This document shows positions 29,348 through 36,995 of a DNA stretch of 64,000 nt, in pieces. Numbering within the stretch: position 1 is the first letter of the stretch; every line of letters begins with the position of its first letter. Under the pieces are notes generated by a model that was not told where the DNA came from, did no database searches, and was given only the letters and a program-made list of their open reading frames with translations. The DNA is from a virus (Duplodnaviria > Caudoviricetes), in the IMG/VR virus record IMGVR_UViG_3300029305_005280, one strand, 5' to 3'. Both the position numbers and the translations under genes were made by a program.

Positions 29348-29665
29348 CTAGACGGATTGAGGTCTTGCATAGGTTAGAAAGTAAAAAGGTACGACACTTT
29401 TCCTATAAACCAGTGACTCACACTGTAGAGACTACTAAGAGCTGTGAGGAAAGTCCGATGTGCTCACAGACGCTCAGACAGTAGGCAGCGACGAATAGGC
29501 CTAGTGAAGATGATAACTTTGATAATCAAATAAAAATCCGGTCCAAAGTAAGCATAATATACTAAGTGGCATACATGAGATATTGGTTGGGCAGTGCTTC
29601 GCCTATTTAATCAAAAGCTAGTGTATGTACCCCCAGTTTTCCGGATGGGTCTGGGTAGTTTATCT

Positions 29666-29756
29666 GGAGGAGTACCCAAGTGGTTGAAGGGTCCGGTCTT
29701 GAAAACCGGTAGGTCGGGCAACCGGCGCGGGAGTTCGAATCTCCCCTCCTCCGCCA
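29666..29756 (+). tRNA. tRNA-Ser(TGA)
   Basis: CCGGT-CTTGAAA-ACCGG; long arm; GCCA. Confidence 0.96.
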
Positions 29757-29866
29757 AATCTAAAACACTTGTGGTTCAAGGTTCATGAGTATTCCGTTCG
29801 ATTCGGAAGTAATAAATGGATGATGTAACAATCTCTCATGTTTTTAGTGGTTCAATTCCACTTTAT

Positions 29867-29956
29867 GGAGCGATGGGTGAGAGGTTGAAACCACCTCCCT
29901 GCTAAGGAGGCGAGGTCTACGGGCCTCCGACAGTTCGAATCTGTCTCGCTCCGCCA
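29867..29956 (+). tRNA. tRNA-Ser(GCT)
   Basis: CCTCC-CTGCTAA-GGAGG; long arm; GCCA. Confidence 0.95.
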
Positions 29957-29961
29957 TATAT

Positions 29962-30050
29962 GGTAGCCGTGGTGGAATTGGTAGACACGCTGGATTGTGG
30001 CTCCAGTACTCTTTTGAGTTGTGAGAGTTCAAGTCTCTCCGGTTACCCCA
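29962..30050 (+). tRNA. tRNA-His(GTG) with a long variable arm
   Basis: G-1:C73, CTGGA-TTGTGGC-TCCAG, extra arm ACTC-TTTT-GAGT, CCA. Confidence 0.88.
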
Positions 30051-30079
30051 GATAAAATATAATAACTGAGGTGTTTACG

Positions 30080-30196
30080 ATGCTAAGAGATAAACTTTAC
30101 TATGAAAATAGAATTAGTTTGCTTTCTAATAGAGCAAAAGAGAATCAAAGAATCATTGCGAAACTAAAAAGAAAGCTAAGACAACTTGAGGCATAA
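30080..30196 (+). CDS. Small basic peptide (38 aa, not in ORF track)
   Basis: GAGGTG RBS; MLRDKLYYENRISLLSNRAKENQRIIAKLKRKLRQLEA. Confidence 0.55.
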   Translation: MLRDKLYYENRISLLSNRAKENQRIIAKLKRKLRQLEA

Positions 30197-30203
30197 TAAC
30201 AGA

Positions 30204-31013
30204 ATGAATCATAATAAATATGGTTGTAAACCTCCTCAAATTGATGTAAGAGACTACAAACTTGCAAAAACCGCAGTTGACGCCTCTTCCTTACCTGTCG
30301 CATATGTTCCTATGCAATTACCAGCAGTTAAAAATCAAAAAAGTGTTTCTTCTTGTGTAGCACATACAACAAGTTCGATTCTTGAATTCCATGATATTGA
30401 AAATGGTAATACATTATCAACTAACTTCATATATGGTATTCAAAAACAATTTTGTGGACATGAAGGCTCAGGAATGTATTTGAGAGATGCTTGTAAAATT
30501 GTTAAAGAATATGGCGATATGCTCGAAAGTGACTGCTCTGGTAACGACGAAATACCTAAGTGCTGGGAGATTGCACAGGATGCCCTTAATAACGATAAAT
30601 GCAAAAAGAATGCACAGGCGTTTAAAGTAAAATCTTATTTCAATTGTTCCAGTAATAATGACATTAAAAGAGCAATCTATGAATACGGGCCTGTTTTATG
30701 TTCTATTAAATGGTATGATACGTTCAAAGTGGATAAAGATGGTGCTCTTGAAGGAGCTCAAAAAGGTGACTATGGTTATCATGCAGTAATGATTTATGGA
30801 TGGAATTCAACAGGATTTTTGTGTCAAAATAGTTGGGGCAAAAATTGGGGCGTAAATGGTAGATTTGTTCTTCCTTATAGTATCCCAGTTGCGGAAGCAA
30901 AGGGCTTAGTCGACGAAGAAACATCAAATATTATTATTCCTAAAAGAAATAAATTTTTAGATTTTATTTATAAGATTGTAAATGCCATTGTTAACTTTTT
31001 CAAAGGTAAGTAG
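30204..31013 (+). CDS. Papain-family (C1) cysteine peptidase
   Basis: NQKSVSSCVA (Gln/Cys), YHAVMIYGW (His), QNSWG..WG..G (Asn). Confidence 0.92.
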   Translation: MNHNKYGCKPPQIDVRDYKLAKTAVDASSLPVAYVPMQLPAVKNQKSVSSCVAHTTSSILEFHDIENGNTLSTNFIYGIQKQFCGHEGSGMYLRDACKIVKEYGDMLESDCSGNDEIPKCWEIAQDALNNDKCKKNAQAFKVKSYFNCSSNNDIKRAIYEYGPVLCSIKWYDTFKVDKDGALEGAQKGDYGYHAVMIYGWNSTGFLCQNSWGKNWGVNGRFVLPYSIPVAEAKGLVDEETSNIIIPKRNKFLDFIYKIVNAIVNFFKGK

Positions 31014-31023
31014 GTGCTAATCA

Positions 31024-31749
31024 ATGAGTGTTGATACATCATTAAAAACCGAAGTATTTGAAAAAGGTGTAAGAAAGAATTCTTTCATTCAGGATAATAA
31101 CAAGTGGTATAATACAACGGGTGTTGGTGGATATTCAACATGTATTGTTGGTAGCCCATCAAGAAGTGGTGCAAATGTTCTTTGCAATTGTGTAGGGCTT
31201 GCTAATGGGGCATTTAATGAAACATATGTTAAATGTAAGCAAACATTAGATTCATCCTTTGTACCTAAACAATATTATGCTTTTACTTCCAATGGTAATA
31301 CGACAATAACAAGAGCAAAATCATTAGGACTAGAAACTATTGACCCTTCAGGTATTCCTCCTCTTGGTGGTTTAATCTCTTGGGGTGGAGGAGCCAATCA
31401 CGTTGCATATATAGCTGATGTTATTGATAATGACACTATAGTTATAGTACAGGCAGGTTATGACACGCCAGTATGGTCTCAGAGAAATACCGCTGATACA
31501 GGTTGGGTATGTGATGCAAGAACTATAAAAAGAGGTTCTTCGAATCTGTGGGCATATCAGAATTCAGTTCCAAGTGGCACTGTTTGTCAAGGATTTGTTG
31601 TTAATCCTGCAGTAGCTGATGCAATAGAAGCAATATATGGAGTTAGACTTGGTAATCAATTATATTCTGCTCATATATGGAAAGATGGTAAATGGAATAA
31701 AACAATTCCTCACCTGTGGTCAAATGGTAAATGGAATAAAACAAATTAA
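31024..31749 (+). CDS. CHAP-domain peptidoglycan hydrolase
   Basis: NCVGLA (Cys), P.LGGLISW..GANHVAYI (His), QGFV. Confidence 0.8.
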   Translation: MSVDTSLKTEVFEKGVRKNSFIQDNNKWYNTTGVGGYSTCIVGSPSRSGANVLCNCVGLANGAFNETYVKCKQTLDSSFVPKQYYAFTSNGNTTITRAKSLGLETIDPSGIPPLGGLISWGGGANHVAYIADVIDNDTIVIVQAGYDTPVWSQRNTADTGWVCDARTIKRGSSNLWAYQNSVPSGTVCQGFVVNPAVADAIEAIYGVRLGNQLYSAHIWKDGKWNKTIPHLWSNGKWNKTN

Positions 31750-31906
31750 AAATTATTAAAGATTTAGTTGAATCTTCTCAATTTACATAATATAATTATT
31801 GTATAATATAAAGTAGCATAAAACACAAGATTGCAAAAAAACTTGTTTGTGAGAGTTTTAAACCATCGGTGCCTGCACTGGTAGTATTTTAAATCACAAC
31901 CTATAT

Positions 31907-31982
31907 TCCCACTTAGCTCAGTCGGTAGAGCACTCGGCTGTTAACCAAGCGGTCGCAGGTTCGAGCCCTGCAGTGGGAGCCA
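31907..31982 (+). tRNA. tRNA-Asn(GTT)
   Basis: Loop CTGTTAA (one stem mismatch); GCCA. Confidence 0.93.
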
Positions 31983-32117
31983 CAGGTCCACTGTTAGGTG
32001 TTTTCATACGACCTGTACAAATAAACATTTTAGAAAACATGTGGTGCTTAAAGGTATGGTAAGACATATGTGCTTACGAAGCGTTTCGACCAATGTCCGA
32101 CTCGAAACGAATCATTT

Positions 32118-32192
32118 GCTGGCGTGGCTCAATGGTAGAGCAGCTGATTTGTAATCAGCAGGTTGCAGGTTCGACTCCTGTCGCCAGCTCCA
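32118..32192 (+). tRNA. tRNA-Thr(TGT)
   Basis: GCTGA-TTTGTAA-TCAGC; CCA. Confidence 0.96.
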
Positions 32193-32196
32193 ATAT

Positions 32197-32272
32197 GGGG
32201 CCATAACTCAACTGGGAGAGTGCCTGCTTTGCAAGCAGGATGTTAGGGGTTCAAGTCCCCTTGGTTCCACCA
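32197..32272 (+). tRNA. tRNA-Ala(TGC)
   Basis: CCTGC-TTTGCAA-GCAGG; G3:U70; CCA. Confidence 0.95.
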
Positions 32273-32344
32273 ATAGTTTCATAGAGTTCTAATAAACTAT
32301 GTGCTTGTCACTTTAAGAAGTGAGTGGGTATAAAGTCCCACAAA

Positions 32345-33003
32345 TTCGTACCTTGAAAGATGTATACAATATAACTCAGTGATAAACATAAGGTACGCTC
32401 CTTATGCTGAGAGGAGCCCTAATTCTTCGGAAACGATTCCACGACAGAGAAACGTAAGAGGATACTCGGAAAAATGTCGTTACTTTGAGTAGTGATATTC
32501 AAAGTTGCAGAAGTAAACTTCAATGGAATGGGCTCTGTGCTGAGGTTATTGCAAGTAATGGTAAAGTGGGCATCGCACTCGTAATAGAGGCTATCGTTAA
32601 TACCGATAGCTGAATCCAAGTTAGGATTTTAGCTGGTGACTGTAATCAAACCTTGTGAAATACCACCAAGAGTGTTGGTCGTGATGTTCTTGAAAAAGAA
32701 AGTATAAGGTGCTCATCCAGTTTCCGAGTAGCCGAAGACCAGTGGTAATTGAAGAAACAAATAATTTAGAAAGTAAGATTATCAAATTCTTCTGAATAGA
32801 CGGTGAAAGGTGCAGGTAATCAGTCCTGCTATAGCTTGTGTGGTCCAGGGTCCCGCCGTTAACGGGAAGCCCAGACTTCGTGGCAAGAAGTTAGGGGTCG
32901 CTACCCGAAGCTCAGACTTGTCATCTATATGACCGAATATACTTGAAAATAATTATCAGTAATCCGAAGGGATAGTTGTTGTATATATCTTTAAAGGTAC
33001 GAA
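32345..33003 (+). ncRNA. Large structured RNA, ROOL-like
   Basis: 659 nt, no credible ORF, closed by a long terminal helix TTCGTACCTTGAAAGATGTATACAA / TTGTATATATCTTTAAAGGTACGAA; internal hairpins GCAGG-TAATCAGT-CCTGC and GGG-GTCGCTA-CCC; flanked by tRNAs. Confidence 0.75.
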
Positions 33004-33043
33004 AAGTGTGCCGTTCGCTTGCGGCTAATCAAGCGAGTTATAT

Positions 33044-33119
33044 CGCGGAGTGATGCAGTGGTCAGCAATTTGGGCTCATAACCCAAAAGTCAGTGGTTCG
33101 AATCCACTCTCCGCAACCA
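33044..33119 (+). tRNA. Initiator tRNA-fMet(CAT)
   Basis: C1:A72 mismatch, GGG/CCC in anticodon stem, loop CTCATAA. Confidence 0.94.
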
Positions 33120-33210
33120 GCTGTTTAGGTTTTACATTTGTTGTACAGTTCAGCGTGTCAAACTACAAACAAATGCGGTTTATAGGCATTGTCCGATAAC
33201 AATGACTTAT

Positions 33211-33285
33211 GGTCTCTTGGTGAAGTGGTTATCATATGTGCCTGTCACGCACAAGTCACGAGTTCAATTCTCGTAGGGACCGCCA
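33211..33285 (+). tRNA. tRNA-Asp(GTC)
   Basis: TGTGC-CTGTCAC-GCACA; GCCA. Confidence 0.93.
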
Positions 33286-33306
33286 TAGTACATCAAAGCT
33301 TATAAT

Positions 33307-33340
33307 AAAAAGAGTATCAAGTTAGATTGGTACTCTTTTT
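33307..33340 (+). terminator. Terminator closing the tRNA/ROOL operon
   Basis: AAAAAGAGTATCAA/TTGGTACTCTTTTT hairpin. Confidence 0.85.
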
Positions 33341-33412
33341 ATTTTTAGTTGATTTATTACAACTGTCAATATATAATATAAGTGAAGAAAACGAAAAGGA
33401 AGGGTATCAAAA

Positions 33413-33643
33413 ATGAATATCAATGAAATTACAATGGGAATGACTCCGCAAGAAAAAGACATCTATTTCGCTCATATGGAAAAAAGACATAAAGAAGAAC
33501 AAGAAAAAGTTGAGCTTGAAAGAGCTCAAACAAGAGCATATAAAGAATCTTTAATTGAAGACATAATGAAAAGTAAGCCTAATTCTGATATTGAATATTT
33601 AAAGAAGCTTTCTATCAGGTCGTTGGAAAGAATATGGTGCTAA
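33413..33643 (+). CDS. Hypothetical protein
   Basis: Promoter 33346-33377 + GGAAGG RBS. Confidence 0.7.
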   Translation: MNINEITMGMTPQEKDIYFAHMEKRHKEEQEKVELERAQTRAYKESLIEDIMKSKPNSDIEYLKKLSIRSLERIWC

Positions 33644-33954
33644 AAATGCAAATAACAAAACATTGGTTGGAGCGAGAATTTCGTATCCAGTTTATAAAAG
33701 ATAAAATAGGAGTTGGAAATCCTGTTAATTCATTTAGAGTTGATAAAGGACATCCTGATGGTCCTGAAATACATACTTTAACTGATACAGGTATCATAAT
33801 AATTAAAAATGCTTATACAGGTAATCTAATAACAATGCTTATAGCAAGGCCCGGACAGGTGCAAAGATATTATGAACGACAAAGAATGGCTGCTCCACCC
33901 GATTTAATTAAAACTGCGGTAAAGCATCAAAGGTTAGGTTACAATGAAATATAG
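33634..33954 (+). CDS. Conserved hypothetical phage protein
   Basis: VDKGHPDGPEIH.LTDTGIIII.N...LIT.LIARPGQ. Confidence 0.7.
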   Translation: MVLKMQITKHWLEREFRIQFIKDKIGVGNPVNSFRVDKGHPDGPEIHTLTDTGIIIIKNAYTGNLITMLIARPGQVQRYYERQRMAAPPDLIKTAVKHQRLGYNEI

Positions 33955-33993
33955 TTGAATATTCAACTTACATATATTATAATATAAACATAA

Positions 33994-34407
33994 TTGATAA
34001 GGAAGGTTGGTTATATGGGATACGAAAGTAAACTTTATGTTGTGGATGTAAAAGATGACAATAGTATGTGCCTTGGTCCTAAAGGAATGAAATGGGGTCA
34101 GGTTATTGCAACATTTGAATTAAGCGTTTTTGAACCTGTTAGAAACTATTTCAAAACTAGAACAAACACAGATTGTTATATCTATGCCGATGATGGTAAT
34201 ACAATAATCTTAGAGGATAGATATGGTAATCCTTTAACAGAATCAAACATTGAACCTCTTGTAAACCTTCTTAAAGAAGAAGCTCTTGATGATTCTTTTG
34301 GAGGTCAACCCTATCGTAGAATAAAGCCCTGTCTTGCAATGTTGGAGATGTTTATGCTCAATTCTTCGCAGTGGGGCAATCTTAAAGTATTACATTATGG
34401 GTATTAA
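33994..34407 (+). CDS. Hypothetical protein (likely start MGYESK)
   Basis: Promoter 33952-33983, GGAAGG RBS. Confidence 0.7.
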   Translation: MIRKVGYMGYESKLYVVDVKDDNSMCLGPKGMKWGQVIATFELSVFEPVRNYFKTRTNTDCYIYADDGNTIILEDRYGNPLTESNIEPLVNLLKEEALDDSFGGQPYRRIKPCLAMLEMFMLNSSQWGNLKVLHYGY

Positions 34408-34470
34408 GTTGAAATAATCAACATAATATATTATAATGATATATGAAGAAAGACAAAGGAGTGTTCTTAG

Positions 34471-36120
34471 ATGAGTAAATTATCTAAAGCAGTTGAAGCA
34501 ATGCACGAAGATGTAGTGCTTCGTAAAGATGAAACAGAAGTTAACTTTATGGGTGGTGACTCCTACAAGTTAAATCCGCTTGAAACCTTGAAGATGATTA
34601 GTGCTTCTTCCATCTTTGGTGAACCTTCTTACTACCGTGACGGCAGAAGTGCAAAGAAAACACTTTACAAGGTAGACAGGCTTGTAAAAGATTGGCTCAT
34701 TATTCCTGACCGCTATGTAGGTAAAAATACAGAGCAAATCATGGAGTCTGCAATTGATGCAGCACTGGAGTATGATTTTGGCGCGACGCTTGAGTGGGCA
34801 ACTACTTTGCGTAATGATTTCTTTATGCGTCTTAATCCTCAAGTCATTATGGTAAGAGCAGCTATGCATCCTAACCGTAAAGAATGGACCGAGGCTAATC
34901 CTGGCAAATTCAATGAATATAATCAGATGGTTATGAAGCGTGCAGATGAGCCTATGTCTCAGATGGCTTACTATCTGTATCTTAATAAAGGTAAGAAGAA
35001 TAAGATTCCTTCTGTTATTAAACGCTCTTGGGCTGACAATCTGAGCAAGCTGAATCGTTACAAGGTTGCTAAATACAAGAATCATGAAATTGGAATGATT
35101 AACGGTGTACGCCTTTGCCACGCAAATTCCAAAGTTCTTGATGAACTGATGACCAGTGGCACCGTTGAAGTTTCTGAGGATTCTAAAACTTGGGAAAATC
35201 TTCGTTCAGAAGGAAAGACCTGGGAAGAAATCTTTGATACTGTAGATATGGGCCATATGGCATTACTGAGAAATATCAGAGGCGTTTTCTCCGAATCTGA
35301 CAACAAGGACCTTTTTGTAAGATACATGACTAAACTTAAATCAACTGTAAAAGATGGAAAGCAATTTCCTTTCAGATACTGGTCTGCAATCCAAGCTGTT
35401 CAAGGCAGTAACTGTAACTTTAAACCCTTAATCATTGATGCCCTTGAAGAATGTATGGATATTGCGGTTGATAACTATCCCAAGCTAAGAGGCAAAACAA
35501 TGTGCCTATCAGATAACTCTGGCTCTGCTTGGGGAGCTGTAACAACTGAGTACGGCTCTGTGACTGTTGCAAATATTGATAATCTTTCCTCTGTTATTAC
35601 TGCAGCTTGTTCCGATGAAGGATATGTTGGTAAGTTTGGTGACAGATTGATTACCCATCCTATCAGCAAACGCAGAGGTATTCTGTCTCAAGCAGAAGCA
35701 ATTACTCGTGATAGAGACCGAGATGTTGGCGGTGGTACTGAAGGCGGTATCTGGGAATTCTTCAGAAGTGCTATTGATAAGAAAGAACACTGGGACAATA
35801 TCTTTATCTATTCTGATATGCAAGCAGGACATGGTGGTCTGTATGGCACAAGTTCTCAATACAATGACTATCGTCGTAGAGGATATGATATTGGAAACCA
35901 TATCAATGTGTTCAAACTTGTACAGGATTATAGAAAAATTGTTAATCCCAAAGTAAATGTATTCTCTATTCAAACAGCAGGTTATACTAATAACTTGATG
36001 CCTGAGATGGCATACAGAACTGCAATTTTGAGTGGTTGGACTGGCAAGGAAGCTTCTTTTGCGGAAGAGTACATTCGTCAGTGGGATGAAATTGAAACAA
36101 AAAATTCTAAAAAGAATTAG
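34471..36120 (+). CDS. rsr: Ro60/Rsr-like TROVE-domain RNA-binding protein
   Basis: NFMGG..Y start, EPSYY, VAKYK, TWE, MALLRNIR, QFPFRYWSA, vWA MIDAS-like SDNSGS, YSDMQ, LSGW; own promoter 34406-34437. Confidence 0.93.
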   Translation: MSKLSKAVEAMHEDVVLRKDETEVNFMGGDSYKLNPLETLKMISASSIFGEPSYYRDGRSAKKTLYKVDRLVKDWLIIPDRYVGKNTEQIMESAIDAALEYDFGATLEWATTLRNDFFMRLNPQVIMVRAAMHPNRKEWTEANPGKFNEYNQMVMKRADEPMSQMAYYLYLNKGKKNKIPSVIKRSWADNLSKLNRYKVAKYKNHEIGMINGVRLCHANSKVLDELMTSGTVEVSEDSKTWENLRSEGKTWEEIFDTVDMGHMALLRNIRGVFSESDNKDLFVRYMTKLKSTVKDGKQFPFRYWSAIQAVQGSNCNFKPLIIDALEECMDIAVDNYPKLRGKTMCLSDNSGSAWGAVTTEYGSVTVANIDNLSSVITAACSDEGYVGKFGDRLITHPISKRRGILSQAEAITRDRDRDVGGGTEGGIWEFFRSAIDKKEHWDNIFIYSDMQAGHGGLYGTSSQYNDYRRRGYDIGNHINVFKLVQDYRKIVNPKVNVFSIQTAGYTNNLMPEMAYRTAILSGWTGKEASFAEEYIRQWDEIETKNSKKN

Positions 36121-36125
36121 TGATT

Positions 36126-36157
36126 TAGTTGATAAATGAAGCATAAAGCTTTATAAT
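36126..36157 (+). promoter_or_regulatory. Promoter for the Y-RNA-like array
   Basis: TAGTTGA-N19-TATAAT; no ORF downstream. Confidence 0.8.
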
Positions 36158-36189
36158 ATAAATGTAGAAAGATAATTAAATATTGACAA

Positions 36190-36296
36190 CTGCTTGATGC
36201 AGAGACAGATGCTTACTTCATTGGTTGAAAATTTGTCTTGAAAACGAATACAGCAGGTTCGAGTCCTGTATTAGCATCTTCATTATTCTCAAGCAG
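36190..36296 (+). ncRNA. Y RNA (YrlA-like) unit 1, Ser(UGA) anticodon arm + T arm cargo
   Basis: CTGCTTGA/TCAAGCAG, AGATGCT/AGCATCT; GATGCAG, TTACTTC, TATTCTC; ATTTGT-CTTGAAA-ACGAAT; GCAGG-TTCGAGT-CCTGT. Confidence 0.85.
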
Positions 36297-36317
36297 GACC
36301 TTCCTTTATGGAATAGT

Positions 36318-36421
36318 ATTTCTGATGCAGTAAATCAAGTTACTTCAGGCTTTGACTTTTAATCAAAATACCTAATAGACTTAAAATCTATCAATACACT
36401 TGATTTGATATTCTCAGAAAT
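36318..36421 (+). ncRNA. Y RNA-like unit 2, two bare anticodon arms Lys(UUU) + Leu(UAA)
   Basis: ATTTCTGA/TCAGAAAT, AAATCAAGT/ACTTGATTT; TTTGA-CTTTTAA-TCAAA and ATAGA-CTTAAAA-TCTAT. Confidence 0.85.
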
Positions 36422-36441
36422 TATTGTATAAAATATATAAC

Positions 36442-36609
36442 ATGTGTGAAGCAGGGAGATTAGTTACTTCGAAAGGTTTGGTCTGTTAAACCCGAAGTCG
36501 TTGGTTCGAATCCAACCATTGTTAGTAACGGCGAGTGAAAGCAATGTAACTCAGCTGGAAAGAGTGCGTGTAAATTTAGAAATTTACTAATTTCATTATT
36601 CTCACACAT
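36442..36609 (+). ncRNA. Y RNA-like unit 3, circularly permuted Asn(GUU)-type tRNA cargo
   Basis: ATGTGTGA/TCACACAT, GAGATTAGT/ACTAATTTC; order anticodon loop CTGTTAA, T arm, acceptor CATTGT/GCAATG, D arm. Confidence 0.85.
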
Positions 36610-36624
36610 CTATTTAAAAGTAAT

Positions 36625-36774
36625 ATTTACGATGCAGTCATATCAGTTACTTCGTTGCATTGGGTGCCTGGTGTCATTGGTTCGAGTCCAATATTCCCGC
36701 CCATTTATGCGGGAATTAGCTCAGTCGGTAGAGCACAGTAGAAATTATTAGCTGATATATTTATTCTCGTAAAT
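36625..36774 (+). ncRNA. Y RNA-like unit 4, circularly permuted Pro(UGG)-type tRNA cargo
   Basis: ATTTACGA/TCGTAAAT, ATATCAGT/GCTGATAT; loop ATTGGGT, T arm, ATTCCCGC-CCA-TTTAT-GCGGGAAT, D arm TAGCTCAGTCGGTAGAGCA. Confidence 0.88.
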
Positions 36775-36791
36775 TTTTAATTTGATGTTAT

Positions 36792-36912
36792 AGCTGAAGC
36801 AGACTACAGAGTTACTTCAAATACATAGTACTAATGTTATATTATATAAAAGAACAAAATATGTTAGCCGTGAGCTTACATAGATAAACACTCTGTAACT
36901 TAATTCTCAGCT
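36792..36912 (+). ncRNA. Y RNA-like unit 5, AT-rich cargo
   Basis: AGCTGA/TCAGCT, TACAGAGT/ACTCTGTA; GAAGCAG, TTACTTC, AATTCTC; no tRNA motif inside. Confidence 0.78.
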
Positions 36913-36918
36913 TTATTT

Positions 36919-36995
36919 GCGGGATTGGTGTTTAATGGTTAGCATCTCAGTCTTCCAAACTGATGGTGAGGGTTCGAGTCCCTTATCCCGCTCCA
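36919..36995 (+). tRNA. tRNA-Gly(TCC)
   Basis: TCAGT-CTTCCAA-ACTGA; U73; CCA. Confidence 0.95.

Noticed and set aside
29446-29456. RNase P RNA (GAGGAAAGTCC)
   Set aside because: The motif sits in a local CTGTGAG/CTCACAG hairpin, and no 3' P4 partner or P1 closure is visible before tRNA-Ser.
24606-30032. Track ORFs overlapping tRNAs and ncRNAs, and minus-strand ORFs generally
   Set aside because: They are shadows of tRNA genes or of + strand CDSs and lack RBS or promoter support.
36190-36912. CRISPR array or mini-array
   Set aside because: The units are not direct repeats with spacers; only short motifs are constant, each unit is closed by its own stems, and no cas gene is in the window.
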